A DNA stretch of 64,000 nt from Candidatus Omnitrophota bacterium (GTDB taxonomy: Bacteria > Omnitrophota > Gorgyraeia > Zapsychrales > JANLHA01), in assembly GCA_029560465.1 (NCBI GenBank), contig JAKQKX010000045.1, positions 216,260 to 280,259 on the forward strand. Reading direction: 5' to 3'. Under the pieces are notes generated by a model that saw only the letters and a program-made list of their open reading frames with translations, was not told the DNA's origin and searched no databases. Shown in pieces: positions 50,117-60,427 of this stretch (its first letter is position 1; the number at the start of each line of letters is the position of its first letter). The translations under genes were made by a program, and so were the position numbers.

Positions 50117-50623
50117 TCACGGTTCTAATTCTGACGGATGTTTTCGTTGCGGGAGGAGATTCAGCATCAGGGTAATGGCCTTAAGCACCTCCTCCATCTG
50201 ACAGGGTTTCATAATATAATGGTCCGCTTCCAAGGAAAACCCTTTTTTCATGTCTTCAAGTTCCCCCCGCGCAGACACGATGATCACCGGCTGCCATTTC
50301 TTTACAGCCGGCTGGTTGCGAAGCTTTTCCAAAACAGAAAAACCATCCAGGCCCGGCATGACGAGATCCAGGACGATCACGTCCGGAAGCTCGGAACAGA
50401 TTTTCGCCCAAGCCTCCAGGCCGTCTTGAGCCTTGACCACCCGGTACCCGTCCGCTTTGATTCTTTTCTCCATAACGCGCAAGACGTCCGGGTCATCATC
50501 GGCGATCAGTATCTTGGGGGCTTCCACGGTTTTCATCTCTCCCTCTCCCGACAAAAGTTTCTCGTTCCTCTCCTCTTGGAGCATGTTCATCTTATCGCGA
50601 ACCAAGAGTGTTTGCAACGGCAA
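50117..50623 (-). CDS. Stand-alone response regulator receiver (CheY-like)
   Basis: ILIADDDPDV...DVIVLDLVMPGLDG...K motifs with no output domain. The probable start is internal (MKTVEAPK). Confidence 0.8.
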   Translation of the reverse strand: MPLQTLLVRDKMNMLQEERNEKLLSGEGEMKTVEAPKILIADDDPDVLRVMEKRIKADGYRVVKAQDGLEAWAKICSELPDVIVLDLVMPGLDGFSVLEKLRNQPAVKKWQPVIIVSARGELEDMKKGFSLEADHYIMKPCQMEEVLKAITLMLNLLPQRKHPSELEP

Positions 50624-50695
50624 TATCTCTTATTCCCCCCGGAGGGGAAAGCACCCGCCAATCCGCATGGTTTGCCTCAAGACAGCCACCCGCCG

Positions 50696-51190
50696 CTAGG
50701 GTTTGGCCGAAGAATAATTTTTAAGATTGTACTCGATGTCCCGGGACGGCATGGGGATTCTATCAATAGCCACCTTGGCCTTCGCGAAAAATTCCGTGGC
50801 CAGGGTGTCGTGGTAATCAGAGAAAACCACCACGCGGTTGATACCAGCGGCGATCAGCGCCTTGGCACAGGTCGTGCAGGGCATATTCGTGACATAAGCC
50901 GTGGCCCCATCCACGGGATGCCCCCATTTCGCTGCCTGCGTGATCGCGTTCATTTCAGCGTGGTTCGTCCTCACGCAATGATTATCAACGACCAAACACC
51001 CCACATCTTCACAATGATCGTCCCCCGGGATCGAGCCATTATACCCCGTGGCGATGACATTCTTATTCTTGACCAGCACGCAGCCACAATGCATGCGCGG
51101 GCAGGTCGCGCGTTCCGAAGCCAGCATGGCCAGTTTCAAAAAATAGCTGTCCCAATTTGGTCTTGATCCCACGTCTCTTCTCCTTGTCAT
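50696..51190 (-). CDS. dCMP / cytidine deaminase family protein
   Basis: HAEMNAI and PCTTCAKALIAAGI zinc-binding motifs. Confidence 0.85.
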   Translation of the reverse strand: MTRRRDVGSRPNWDSYFLKLAMLASERATCPRMHCGCVLVKNKNVIATGYNGSIPGDDHCEDVGCLVVDNHCVRTNHAEMNAITQAAKWGHPVDGATAYVTNMPCTTCAKALIAAGINRVVVFSDYHDTLATEFFAKAKVAIDRIPMPSRDIEYNLKNYSSAKP

Positions 51191-51239
51191 GTGTTCCTGA
51201 TACGAGCAAACTCCCCCTCGGCTTAAACCTTTAATCCTA

Positions 51240-51665
51240 TTATTCCTTAACCAGTTCCACCCGCACGCTGATAATCCCTTGTTTCAACGGCGCAATCCTG
51301 CTGAAAGCGGCTTTCGTCAGATCAATGACCCGTCCCTGCCGGACAAAACGGCGGGCCGGGCCGCGGTCATTCACGCGGACGACGACGGACGCCCCGTTGT
51401 CCAGGTTCGTCACTTTAACTTTCTGATGAAACCGGACGCCCCACAACGCGCATGTCATGGCCTGATCGTCAAATTTCTCGTTATTCGCCGTTCTTTCGTT
51501 TATGCCCGGCGATTCCTTGGAATACCAGGACGCCTGGCCGTAAAGCGGGAAGGCAAACCGGACCGGCCAATACCGGCAAGAAAAAAATAACAAAACCACG
51601 CCGGCGAGCATAACGAGGAGGCCCCGGGAACGGGAAAATTTTTTAATCCCCCGGCCAACCCTCAC
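51240..51665 (-). CDS. RlpA-like double-psi beta-barrel (septal ring lytic transglycosylase family) protein
   Basis: GQASWY...VRVNDRGP motif and a signal sequence. Confidence 0.7.
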   Translation of the reverse strand: MRVGRGIKKFSRSRGLLVMLAGVVLLFFSCRYWPVRFAFPLYGQASWYSKESPGINERTANNEKFDDQAMTCALWGVRFHQKVKVTNLDNGASVVVRVNDRGPARRFVRQGRVIDLTKAAFSRIAPLKQGIISVRVELVKE

Positions 51666-52858
51666 GACACCGCGTCCCCGTTCACACGCGCGCCGCCAGT
51701 CGCCGCCAGGGCTAAGATCCTGTCCACCCCCACACGGAAATGGTCCGGAAGCGGCAAAAAACTGATGACCAAAACGGGTTCTTCTTCAAAATCAAAAAAA
51801 TATCCCGGGTGTGCCAGGACATGCCCCCGTTCCAGCAAGGTCAGGACCCATTCTTCTTCGCTTTTCCCCGGAGGAAGCTGAAGCACGCCGTACCATCCCC
51901 CTTCGGCGGGATAAATCCCAAGGCCGGCGGCTTGAGCGGAGGCCTCAAGATACGCCCGGTTAGAAACAATCCTTTCGGTGATCTGCCTTTGAATATCCGG
52001 TTTTAACGTCAGCCAGGCCTCCAGCGCGTTCTGGACAGGGGTATTCACCGACAAGTACGTATCGGCAATCACATCCAAACGCCTCCGGGCCTCCCGAACC
52101 TGATCCTCCGGGCCGCTCAAAACAATCCAGGACAGCTTCATCTGCGGCAGCCCCAGGTCTTTGGACAATCCCCCAAGAGTAAATGTCAGGGTTCGTGGAT
52201 GACCAAGCAGGCTGGCTCTCCCGGCCGTTTCAAAACAATAATCATAAAAAACCTCATCTGAAATAAGGGCCATATCAAAACAACGGCACACGTCATCCAG
52301 GAGATGAAGTTGGTCCTTCCTGACATAATTCCCCGTGGGATTATTCGGGTTTACGCAAACAATGGCCCGCGCCGCAGAAGACGCTTTCCGGCTCAAAATG
52401 TCTAGGTCCATGTTCCAGTGTTTCCCGTCGTAGCGCAAAGGATAAGGCTCCAGGCGCACATCCAGGATATCCGCCAGGAACTGAAATAACGGATAACTGG
52501 GTTGGGGGAACAGCACGGTTTCCCCGGGGTTGGCCAGCAGGCGAAACACAAAAGAATAGGCTTCCGAGGTGGAAGCGGTCAGGAAAATGTTCTCCGGCGC
52601 CACCTTCACGCCTCTCTGAAGAAAAGAACGGCACAGGGCTTCCCTGGCAGTCCTCAATCCTTGGGAACAAGGCTGATAGGATAAATTCGCGGGAACAGAA
52701 AGCGGCCCCAGGAGCTTCTCTCCGGCGACATCAAAACCGCAACGCGTCGGATTCGATTCGGTCAGGTCAAGGATATCAGCCCCGGCCTGTTTTTCCTGCT
52801 CAAGAGCGACAGTCAGCGCGTTGGGGTCCATGCTCCAGGCTGTCCGTTCAGCGAACAT
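51662..52858 (-). CDS. PLP-dependent aminotransferase, class I/II
   Basis: 398 aa fold-type I aminotransferase pattern. Overlaps the RlpA-like gene by 4 nt. Confidence 0.75.
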   Translation of the reverse strand: MFAERTAWSMDPNALTVALEQEKQAGADILDLTESNPTRCGFDVAGEKLLGPLSVPANLSYQPCSQGLRTAREALCRSFLQRGVKVAPENIFLTASTSEAYSFVFRLLANPGETVLFPQPSYPLFQFLADILDVRLEPYPLRYDGKHWNMDLDILSRKASSAARAIVCVNPNNPTGNYVRKDQLHLLDDVCRCFDMALISDEVFYDYCFETAGRASLLGHPRTLTFTLGGLSKDLGLPQMKLSWIVLSGPEDQVREARRRLDVIADTYLSVNTPVQNALEAWLTLKPDIQRQITERIVSNRAYLEASAQAAGLGIYPAEGGWYGVLQLPPGKSEEEWVLTLLERGHVLAHPGYFFDFEEEPVLVISFLPLPDHFRVGVDRILALAATGGARVNGDAVS

Positions 52859-52879
52859 AGCGTTTCTCCCCCATTCCGC

Positions 52880-53578
52880 TCATGGGCCCACGGGCCCGTT
52901 TTTTTGCGGTTTATATTTCTTCAACTCGTGCTCAAGCGCCTCAAAATCTTTCTTAAGCTTGATATACTCACTCTTAGCCACCCAGGTCTCCTCGTTGTGC
53001 TTTTGAGAAAGCTGGTGGTTTTCAGACCGCAACCCAGCCAGCTCGGTCCGGTAAGCGTCTATCTGGGCCCTGTACTTGATGCCTTGAGTTTCCATGGCCT
53101 TAATCTGGGCCTGGGCGCCGGACAGGGATTCGGACAGCTCTTTTTGTTCCCGCTGGAGTCTTAAGCGTTCCGCGTGTTCCTGGGCCAGTTGTTGCTCGGC
53201 TTTCTGCAAATCGTCCCGCAAGCCGATCACCTCCGCGGTCTTTTTATCGATATCGCTCCGTTCTTTGTTCTGCCAACCCCGTTCCTGCGCGACCTTGCTT
53301 TGCAATTTCGCGTACTTCTCCTTCTGAACCACCACGTCGCGTTCTAATATTTTCTGCTCTTTCTGCATCTGGGCCATCTGGTGTTTCAAAGAACGGATAA
53401 CCCGCTCCAGCTTCAGGCTCACCGACTGCCAGTCCTTCACTTCCTGTTCCCTGACTTTATAAGTAAATTTCTTCCGCGGGCTTCCCCGCGGCGTCGTTGG
53501 GATTAACACGAGAAACCCAAGCAGAAGAAAAACCATCACCAACCCAAGAATAACGACCTGTTCCATTGTCAACGGCAT
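52880..53578 (-). CDS. Membrane-anchored coiled-coil protein
   Basis: N-terminal TM helix, then about 190 aa of heptad-rich, Gln/Glu/Lys-rich sequence. Confidence 0.5.
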   Translation of the reverse strand: MPLTMEQVVILGLVMVFLLLGFLVLIPTTPRGSPRKKFTYKVREQEVKDWQSVSLKLERVIRSLKHQMAQMQKEQKILERDVVVQKEKYAKLQSKVAQERGWQNKERSDIDKKTAEVIGLRDDLQKAEQQLAQEHAERLRLQREQKELSESLSGAQAQIKAMETQGIKYRAQIDAYRTELAGLRSENHQLSQKHNEETWVAKSEYIKLKKDFEALEHELKKYKPQKNGPVGP

Positions 53579-53596
53579 ACGCGCCTCTCTGCGTTT

Positions 53597-55591
53597 CTAA
53601 CCCGGGGGGCTGGAGAGCCCCTGGCCCGCCGGTTCAGCCCCCGGGTTGTTTGTCAGAATATCCAAATTATTGCGGGCAGGGACGAAACCCGGATCGGCCA
53701 ACAACACGGCCTCAAGCAACTCCCGCGCCTGGGTTTCTTTTCCAAGAAAAATATAGCATAACGCCAGATTCGTTTTGGCCATCAAATCCTTAGGATCCGC
53801 CGCGACCGCTCTGGCCAACCATTGTTCGGCCTCCTCGATTTGCTGCCCTTGCAGGAAGACCGCTCCCAAATTATTTAAAATCATACTATCATTCGGGGCA
53901 ATTTGCAAGGCGGCTCGATAATATTGAACAGCCCGGGGCCACTGCCTCTGCCTCTCAAAACACTGGGCAATATTAAAAAGGGCTTCCTTCTTAAAAGAAA
54001 GGTAAACGTCCCGGGCGCCCGGATCCCGCACCCGCTCAAGGTACCCGTCAAGGATTTGAAGCGCCTGGTTAAACTCCTGCAGGGCTTTCTCAGTCTGGTC
54101 GTTAAAAAAATACGCCTTCCCTAAAAGAAGGCGGCCCCTGGCCAAATTCCGTTCATGCCGAACCACCTGCTCAAACAGGGGGACCTCCCCCCGCCAGACC
54201 TGATTTTGCTTCAGCGTTATGGCCGTTAAAATCAAAATCACACTCAGGATAAAACCCGCCCGGACGGTCTTATAACGTTCCGGCGGGACCCGGCTTTCAA
54301 GGACGTAAGTCACCCCAACCAAAACCGAAAGGGGAATCCCGGGCAGAGGCCAGTATAAAAAATGTTCAAACAACGCAATATATGAATACTCATGAATCAG
54401 GGGGACAACATTCAGCATGGGAGCCAGAGTCACCGCAAACCACAGCAAGCCAAACTGGTAATAACACTTTAACACAGACGGCAACACCCGCCCCCCCGCA
54501 AACATGGCCGCCACGACCAGGACAAAAATAAGGCTCGCCCCGGCGTTAGGGGCCAGGACATCCAGGCTCCTGTAATAATGCAGCCCTGAAGGGATAAACA
54601 GGATCCTCAAATACACAAGCAGGGTGCGGGGAATGGCTTTCAACCGTAAGAACAACTCATAATTATAATTCCAGAAGGGCGTGACAGAATGTCCCAACAA
54701 AATTTTCCGGTAACAAAAATATCCCCCTAACAGAACAAAGAGAAAGGTGATGGCCAAAACAGGCGAACGGCCGGATTTCTGCCGTGCCCGCCCGATTGTC
54801 AATAGATACGACAGGAATAAAAAAGGCAACACCACCGCCTGTTCCTTCACACAAAGGGCGGCGGCAAAAATCCCCCCCAAGAGGGATATCTCTCCGGCAA
54901 CAAAACCCCGGCGGCGCTCCCTCCCCTCGGCCAATCGCAAAAACAGGATAAAACCCAGCAGGCCAAAAAACACGAGCAAGAGGTTAGAAACCCCGGCCAC
55001 GCATGCGACGGATTCTGTCTGCACAGGATGAATCACAAAAATAACAGCGGCACTCCAGGCCAGCCACAGCGATGGGGGGATAAAAAGAAAACGCGCTGTC
55101 CCCGCCGGACCACCCGTCCGGTGACACGCCCGGGCCAGCGCGTCTTCGTACCCGGACAAAATCCGGAGGAACACATAGAATAAAAGCAACCCATTTAAAA
55201 TATGCAGCGCAACATTAAACCCGTGATACGCCCCGGCGTCAAACTTAAAGAACGCATATTGAATCCGATATAGCAACTCCAGCCCCGGCCGGTAGTAGGC
55301 GTTGACAACGCCCTGGGACGACGGGGCGCGGGTAAAAATATCACGCCAATGATCCAACCGGGCGATATCCGGGTTCCCGCGGATAAAAACCAGGTCATCA
55401 TGGACAAACGGATAAGAAAACGTCTGGGAAAAACCAAGTCCGCCCAGAAGGATCAGGACAACCGCTAGAAAGGCAGGGATAAATTTCTTGGAATGATATA
55501 CAGTAAGATTCAAAACAGGGGATTTCAAATTTGTTCGACCACGCTTCCGAGGTTCTTGATTACAAAAGGCCGTCCGCAGCAAAAGGGTCAC
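53597..55591 (-). CDS. Polytopic membrane protein with C-terminal TPR repeats (TMTC/PMT_2-like GT-C family)
   Basis: More than 10 TM helices with a YYRPGLELLYRIQYAFF...YHGFNVALHILN motif resembling DUF1736/PMT_2. The C-terminal ~200 aa are TPR repeats. Confidence 0.55.
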   Translation of the reverse strand: MTLLLRTAFCNQEPRKRGRTNLKSPVLNLTVYHSKKFIPAFLAVVLILLGGLGFSQTFSYPFVHDDLVFIRGNPDIARLDHWRDIFTRAPSSQGVVNAYYRPGLELLYRIQYAFFKFDAGAYHGFNVALHILNGLLLFYVFLRILSGYEDALARACHRTGGPAGTARFLFIPPSLWLAWSAAVIFVIHPVQTESVACVAGVSNLLLVFFGLLGFILFLRLAEGRERRRGFVAGEISLLGGIFAAALCVKEQAVVLPFLFLSYLLTIGRARQKSGRSPVLAITFLFVLLGGYFCYRKILLGHSVTPFWNYNYELFLRLKAIPRTLLVYLRILFIPSGLHYYRSLDVLAPNAGASLIFVLVVAAMFAGGRVLPSVLKCYYQFGLLWFAVTLAPMLNVVPLIHEYSYIALFEHFLYWPLPGIPLSVLVGVTYVLESRVPPERYKTVRAGFILSVILILTAITLKQNQVWRGEVPLFEQVVRHERNLARGRLLLGKAYFFNDQTEKALQEFNQALQILDGYLERVRDPGARDVYLSFKKEALFNIAQCFERQRQWPRAVQYYRAALQIAPNDSMILNNLGAVFLQGQQIEEAEQWLARAVAADPKDLMAKTNLALCYIFLGKETQARELLEAVLLADPGFVPARNNLDILTNNPGAEPAGQGLSSPPG

Positions 55592-56595
55592 TCATCTGCA
55601 GGGAAAAGCAAACGGGAAATGCCTCCCGGGATAGGGATCACCTGTTGTTCTCTGAGTTTAAACCCTTGCCCTTCATCAATAAGAGCGTATTCCAGGCTGA
55701 ACCGGTATTCATCGGCGTTTTGCAGCCTCATTTTTCCCTGGCCAACTTTAACACTCCCGTCCGGGGCCCGCATTGAACTCAATTGGGTCTTAGCCACCGC
55801 GTTGCCATCAAAGGCTAATATTTTCTCTGCCAACCCAGGGAGGATCAGCCCACCCTTGTTAAACTGCAAATTGACCGCCAGCAAATTCACCTGTTGGGCT
55901 GCCCAGATAAGACGCATCGCCCCGCTGAGATCCCCCCGCAGTTGAGAAAACAGCGGCTGCCCGGTCCCCGTCAAAAGCTCCGGTTTCAAATCGGCAAGCT
56001 CCAGCCAAATGATATAATTCAGCTGAGGATTGCTCTCCATGACGATTTGCCCTTTAACCAGCCCGCCGTAAGCATCCGCCACCAAATCCGTCAATTGAAT
56101 CCTGTTCCGCACCCCTCTCAACTGCCCTTCAAAATTTTCCACATGATAAGCGGAGACGTCCAGACGCTGTCCGGCGAAAATCCCGTTTAACTGGGAAAGA
56201 TGGCGTCCCTGAAAAAAAAGCAAGCCCTTCATATTGAGGTCTTTCAGAACCAGCCGATCATATGTCAGGCTTAACCCTTTCACCATAACTTTAATATTTT
56301 CTTTTTTCTTTAAATAGGTGAAAAATTCATAAAGGGTTATTTCCTTTACGGCTATCTCGCAGGTTTTGTCTTCTTTCGTAAACGACACCTGCACATCCTG
56401 AAGGACGAACGTTTCCGGGAAGCTAAATTTCTGTCTATTGACATTAAACTTTTCTAAAGAATACTCTTCTTTTAACTGCCGCTTAATATAAACGGGGCCG
56501 AAATAATTGAAAAACCAGGTGGAGTGGACAAGTAAAAAAAAGACCCCTCCCAAGACGGACAGCATAATGATGAGAGGAAGGATATGACGTTTCAT
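55588..56595 (-). CDS. Hypothetical membrane-anchored protein (possibly AsmA-like)
   Basis: N-terminal TM anchor and a beta-rich repetitive body. Overlaps the TMTC-like gene by 4 nt. Confidence 0.5.
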   Translation of the reverse strand: MKRHILPLIIMLSVLGGVFFLLVHSTWFFNYFGPVYIKRQLKEEYSLEKFNVNRQKFSFPETFVLQDVQVSFTKEDKTCEIAVKEITLYEFFTYLKKKENIKVMVKGLSLTYDRLVLKDLNMKGLLFFQGRHLSQLNGIFAGQRLDVSAYHVENFEGQLRGVRNRIQLTDLVADAYGGLVKGQIVMESNPQLNYIIWLELADLKPELLTGTGQPLFSQLRGDLSGAMRLIWAAQQVNLLAVNLQFNKGGLILPGLAEKILAFDGNAVAKTQLSSMRAPDGSVKVGQGKMRLQNADEYRFSLEYALIDEGQGFKLREQQVIPIPGGISRLLFPADE

Positions 56596-56659
56596 AAAAG
56601 TAACATTAATCGCATCAAGGATCCTGACGAACCCTTAAGGTTAAAGGAAGTTGGCACCG

Positions 56660-57004
56660 TTACTGCTGTTTCAATTCAACAACGCAGGCCTGCAGATCCG
56701 CAAACTGCTTATCCAGGATTTTAAATAATTCTTCCATGCCCTCAAAAACATGGTCATTCGCCCTCTTTTCGATGTCCTTGCACGTGGCAAACATCTGTGT
56801 CGCGGAAATGTTCCCGGCCGCCCCTTTCAGGGAGTGCGCCAAGTCACGCAGCTGTTCGGCCTCTTTGGCCGCTAAGTATTGCTTAAATAATCCCCGTTTT
56901 GTTATATAGTCATTCTGGAAAATATCCAACAACTCCATAAGCAGTTCCCGGTCGTCTTGAACACGCTCCATCACATCATCCATATCAATAATGTCTTTTC
57001 TCAT
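56660..57004 (-). CDS. Histidine phosphotransfer (Hpt) protein
   Basis: HSLKGAAGNISA phosphorylatable-His motif. 114 aa. Overlaps the upstream hybrid kinase by 4 nt. Confidence 0.75.
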   Translation of the reverse strand: MRKDIIDMDDVMERVQDDRELLMELLDIFQNDYITKRGLFKQYLAAKEAEQLRDLAHSLKGAAGNISATQMFATCKDIEKRANDHVFEGMEELFKILDKQFADLQACVVELKQQ

Positions 57005-59337
57005 TGTCCCTTCCTTTGATTGGTTGGAGTATTAAAAAAACCTGCGATAGCCTCGAACAGCTTTTCCCGGTCAATCGGTTTAGCAACATAACCGTCCATG
57101 CCCGCCAACATGCACCGCTTCCGGTCCCCGCTCATGGCTCTCGCTGTCAAAGCGATAATCGGAATGTGGGCGTCCGTACCCGACTCCTTCTCCCGGATCC
57201 TCCTTGTCGCTTCATAGCCGTCCATTAAAGGCATTTGAGCATCCATCAGTATAACATCAAAGTCTTCCGCGTCCAAACACTCTAACACTTGTTTTCCGTT
57301 ATCCGCGGTCTTAACGATCCATCCTTTTTTTTCAAGCATCCTGACGGTAATTTTTTGGTTAACAATATTATCTTCCGCCAAAAGGATCCGCAAAGACCCC
57401 GGGGTTTGACGGCCCGGCGGCTGGGTATCCACAGGCGGGGCTTCCTCCGGCGCGGGCCGAGGCGCGGCCACCATAAATTTAGCGGTGAACCAAAACGTGC
57501 TGCCCTTATATTCTTCGCTTTCCACCCATATCCGCCCCCCCATCAAATCCACCAGCCGGCTGGAGATCGCCAGCCCCAGCCCCGTGCCGCCGAATTTCCT
57601 GGTCGTGGATGTGTCCGCCTGGGAAAAAACCTCAAAAATGGACTGCAGTTTCTCCTGCGGGATCCCGATGCCCTGATCAGACACCGAAAACCGCAATTCA
57701 CACGTCTTATCATCAAGCGCAACAACTTCGACCCGGGTCTTAATCTCCCCACGGAAAGCGAATTTGACCGCGTTGTTGATCAGGTTCACCAAAACCTGGC
57801 GCAACCGGATCGGGTCACCGATCACGACCGCCGGAACGCCGGGATCAACCTCCCAGGCCAAATCAAGGTTCTTCTTCCGGGCCAGGACCGAAAGCCCCGT
57901 GCAAACGCTTTTGATAACATTCTCAATATTCAGCTCAATATGCTCCAGCTGCATCTTCCCCGCTTCAACCCGGGACAGGTCTAAAATATCATTGAGCAAA
58001 CTCAACAGGATATCCGCGGCGTTCTTGATCGTCGTCAGATTCTCACGCTGTTCATCGGTCAGTTGGGTATCGAGCGTGAGGTCCAGCATGCCCATGATCG
58101 TATTCATAGGAGTCCTCACCTCATGGGACATGTTGGCCAGGAACATACTTTTGGCGCTGTTCGCTTCCTCCGCCATAATCTTGGCGCGCAGAAGCTCTTG
58201 ATGGACTTTTTTCTGCCGCGTGATATCCTGCATAATCCCGACCGAACCGGTGATATCCCCGTTGGTGTCTTTGATAATCGTTACGGACAAATCCACGTCG
58301 ATCACGCTGTCATCGCGGCAAATCGCCCGGGTCTCGAGGTGGTGCATGGAACCCTTCTCGCGGATGCGGGCGGCCCGGATATTCTCCCACTCCTCCGGCG
58401 GATAAAGCGAGCTGACGTGCTTCAAATAAAGGTCATCCCGCGTCCTCCCCAGCATGTCTTCCGTAAATTTATTCCAGGACACGATCCGCTCCTGGGCGTC
58501 GGTCATGGTGATCGCCGCGGCCGAATTGTCCAAAATAATCCGTATGGTGTTCTCTGATTCCCGGATTTTTCTCTCCGCCATTTTCTGGCGGCTCACATCC
58601 AGGATCAAAGCGGCGGACCCCATCCTTTGCCCAGCGGCGTCTTTAAAATAAGAGATAGACATATTAATATCAATGACCGCCTGGTCCTTTTTACGGATCT
58701 GCGCCTCAATCTCTGAAACCGTCTCTTTATCCCAGATCGGCAGGGCGGACAACCTCTGCCATTCCCGGGGGGCAAACAACTCCGACCACGGCTTGTTAAA
58801 TAAATCCCGTTTATCCATGCCCAGCATCTTTTCCGTGAATGGATTCCAGGCCAATATCCGGTCTTCCCTGTCCATCACAATGATCGCCGCCGCCGAATTG
58901 TTGAAAACGCTTTCGAAAAGCTCTTTGGATTCCCGCTGCAACCGTTCGGCGTGTTTCAGGGGGCTGATATTTTTAACAATCCCGTCAATATACTTCAAAC
59001 GCTTCCGGGAATCCATCACAGCCACAAGCAACAAAGACGCGTAAAATGGCTGCCCCGTTTTCATCCGGAGGCCAATGTCTTCAACCCTTAAGGGGCTGGA
59101 TTCCACAACCTTGCGGTAAGCCGCGCGGATTTTCCTCCGGTCCATAAAGACACTGGCCATATCTTCCCGCAAAAGCTCTTCCGGCGCGTAAGCCAGCATC
59201 CTCGAGAAAGCGGCGTTCACAAATAAGAATTTTTCCCGCAGGCCAGGCTTTAACCGAAAAGCCCCCAGGTCCAGGTGCTCCACCAATTCATAAAATGCCA
59301 GTCTTTCCTCGGTCATAAAATTCAAAAGACGCCTCAA
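57001..59337 (-). CDS. Hybrid sensor histidine kinase (multi-PAS, HisKA, HATPase_c, REC)
   Basis: H-box SHEVRTPMN; N, G1 and G2 boxes (LINNAVKF, DQGIGI, GGTGLGL); C-terminal receiver LLAEDN...DVILMDAQMPLMDG...K. Confidence 0.9.
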   Translation of the reverse strand: MRRLLNFMTEERLAFYELVEHLDLGAFRLKPGLREKFLFVNAAFSRMLAYAPEELLREDMASVFMDRRKIRAAYRKVVESSPLRVEDIGLRMKTGQPFYASLLLVAVMDSRKRLKYIDGIVKNISPLKHAERLQRESKELFESVFNNSAAAIIVMDREDRILAWNPFTEKMLGMDKRDLFNKPWSELFAPREWQRLSALPIWDKETVSEIEAQIRKKDQAVIDINMSISYFKDAAGQRMGSAALILDVSRQKMAERKIRESENTIRIILDNSAAAITMTDAQERIVSWNKFTEDMLGRTRDDLYLKHVSSLYPPEEWENIRAARIREKGSMHHLETRAICRDDSVIDVDLSVTIIKDTNGDITGSVGIMQDITRQKKVHQELLRAKIMAEEANSAKSMFLANMSHEVRTPMNTIMGMLDLTLDTQLTDEQRENLTTIKNAADILLSLLNDILDLSRVEAGKMQLEHIELNIENVIKSVCTGLSVLARKKNLDLAWEVDPGVPAVVIGDPIRLRQVLVNLINNAVKFAFRGEIKTRVEVVALDDKTCELRFSVSDQGIGIPQEKLQSIFEVFSQADTSTTRKFGGTGLGLAISSRLVDLMGGRIWVESEEYKGSTFWFTAKFMVAAPRPAPEEAPPVDTQPPGRQTPGSLRILLAEDNIVNQKITVRMLEKKGWIVKTADNGKQVLECLDAEDFDVILMDAQMPLMDGYEATRRIREKESGTDAHIPIIALTARAMSGDRKRCMLAGMDGYVAKPIDREKLFEAIAGFFNTPTNQRKGQ

Positions 59338-59365
59338 GGGCGAGGGGTGAAAAAATCGGTTGGCT

Positions 59366-59659
59366 TCATTTTCTTTTAAACCGGATATTACGCCCGATGG
59401 CGTACAAATTCACGATGGTCACTATACCCGTCAACGACAACATGCAGAGGCGGATTACGGCCCACCAGTTCTGGCCGTAATCCTGGGGCAGCAGCCCATT
59501 CACGATATACCCCAGGACAATAAGCGAAAACAGGATGGTGGCCCCGGAGATAAGAAACATCATGGAACAGTACAAAAAAGAAAGCAGGATGACGACCAGA
59601 TTGTATACAAATAAATTTCCTTTGGCGACCTTGCTGGCCGCCAGCCCGATACGCTCCAT
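59366..59659 (-). CDS. Small integral membrane protein (3 TM)
   Basis: 97 aa with three hydrophobic helices. Lies 29 nt downstream of the kinase. Confidence 0.45.
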   Translation of the reverse strand: MERIGLAASKVAKGNLFVYNLVVILLSFLYCSMMFLISGATILFSLIVLGYIVNGLLPQDYGQNWWAVIRLCMLSLTGIVTIVNLYAIGRNIRFKRK

Positions 59660-59818
59660 ATCTCTCCTTGGGCCGCCTCAAACGGCCCCGCGTGTTTAAC
59701 TCTTATTGTACTCGCAGACGTGTCCCGCAACAACGGGTTATTAAATTTTTTAACCGGATCTTCAGGGCCACGCAGCCCAAAGCGCGGCCGGTGAACGGAA
59801 TTGACTTCCCCGAGGGCG

Positions 59819-60427
59819 CTACCGCTCGAATTTCACGACACCCTGCCACCATTGGCTGCTGTCCCATCGCCGGAGCCGGGCCCAAAGCTGACGGGCGTTT
59901 TTTGTCTTCAGGAACCGCGGAGCCGTTTTAAAAAACAACTTGGCAGCACAATGGCCTTGATCGTAGTACTCTTTCGCCTGGACCAGGCATTCCAGGATAT
60001 CCGCGTCCCGGGCGACCAAACTTTCTTTTGTCTGCTGGACATCATATTCCGCCCTCATCAGCTCCAGCGCCTTCTTGACCCGGGCATCCAGCGCCGCGAC
60101 CTGGTCTTTAAAAACTTTCTGTTCCGCAGACTTAAAATCAATATAATAATGCCCCATTTTGTGCAAATCATTGATCCGGGCTTCATGAATATCATTAAAC
60201 AAAGACATCGTGACCACTTTAAAAGGATCAACCCCCTCAAGGTACGCCAGATAATACCCGATCACCGCGGTCCGGAAAGAATGCCCGGCGACAGATTCCG
60301 GGTCTTTGATGCCAGCCACCCACCACCCGCTGCGCTTGATCCGTTTCAGCAGCCCGGCTTCCGCGAAAAAATTCAGAGCCTCGTCCGTCCCTTGTTTCCC
60401 GGCACAGGACCGTTCTCTCCCTTTCAT
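59819..60427 (-). CDS. HD-domain phosphohydrolase (YfbR-like)
   Basis: H..R...HD metal-binding pattern (AGHSFR ... NDIHEARINDL). Confidence 0.75.
   Translation of the reverse strand: MKGRERSCAGKQGTDEALNFFAEAGLLKRIKRSGWWVAGIKDPESVAGHSFRTAVIGYYLAYLEGVDPFKVVTMSLFNDIHEARINDLHKMGHYYIDFKSAEQKVFKDQVAALDARVKKALELMRAEYDVQQTKESLVARDADILECLVQAKEYYDQGHCAAKLFFKTAPRFLKTKNARQLWARLRRWDSSQWWQGVVKFER

Noticed and set aside
59660-59818. Plus-strand 87 aa ORF (59668..59931) in the gap between the small membrane protein and the HD-domain gene
   Set aside because: It overlaps the HD-domain gene's 3' region antisense. No start context, and an Arg/Pro-rich composition.
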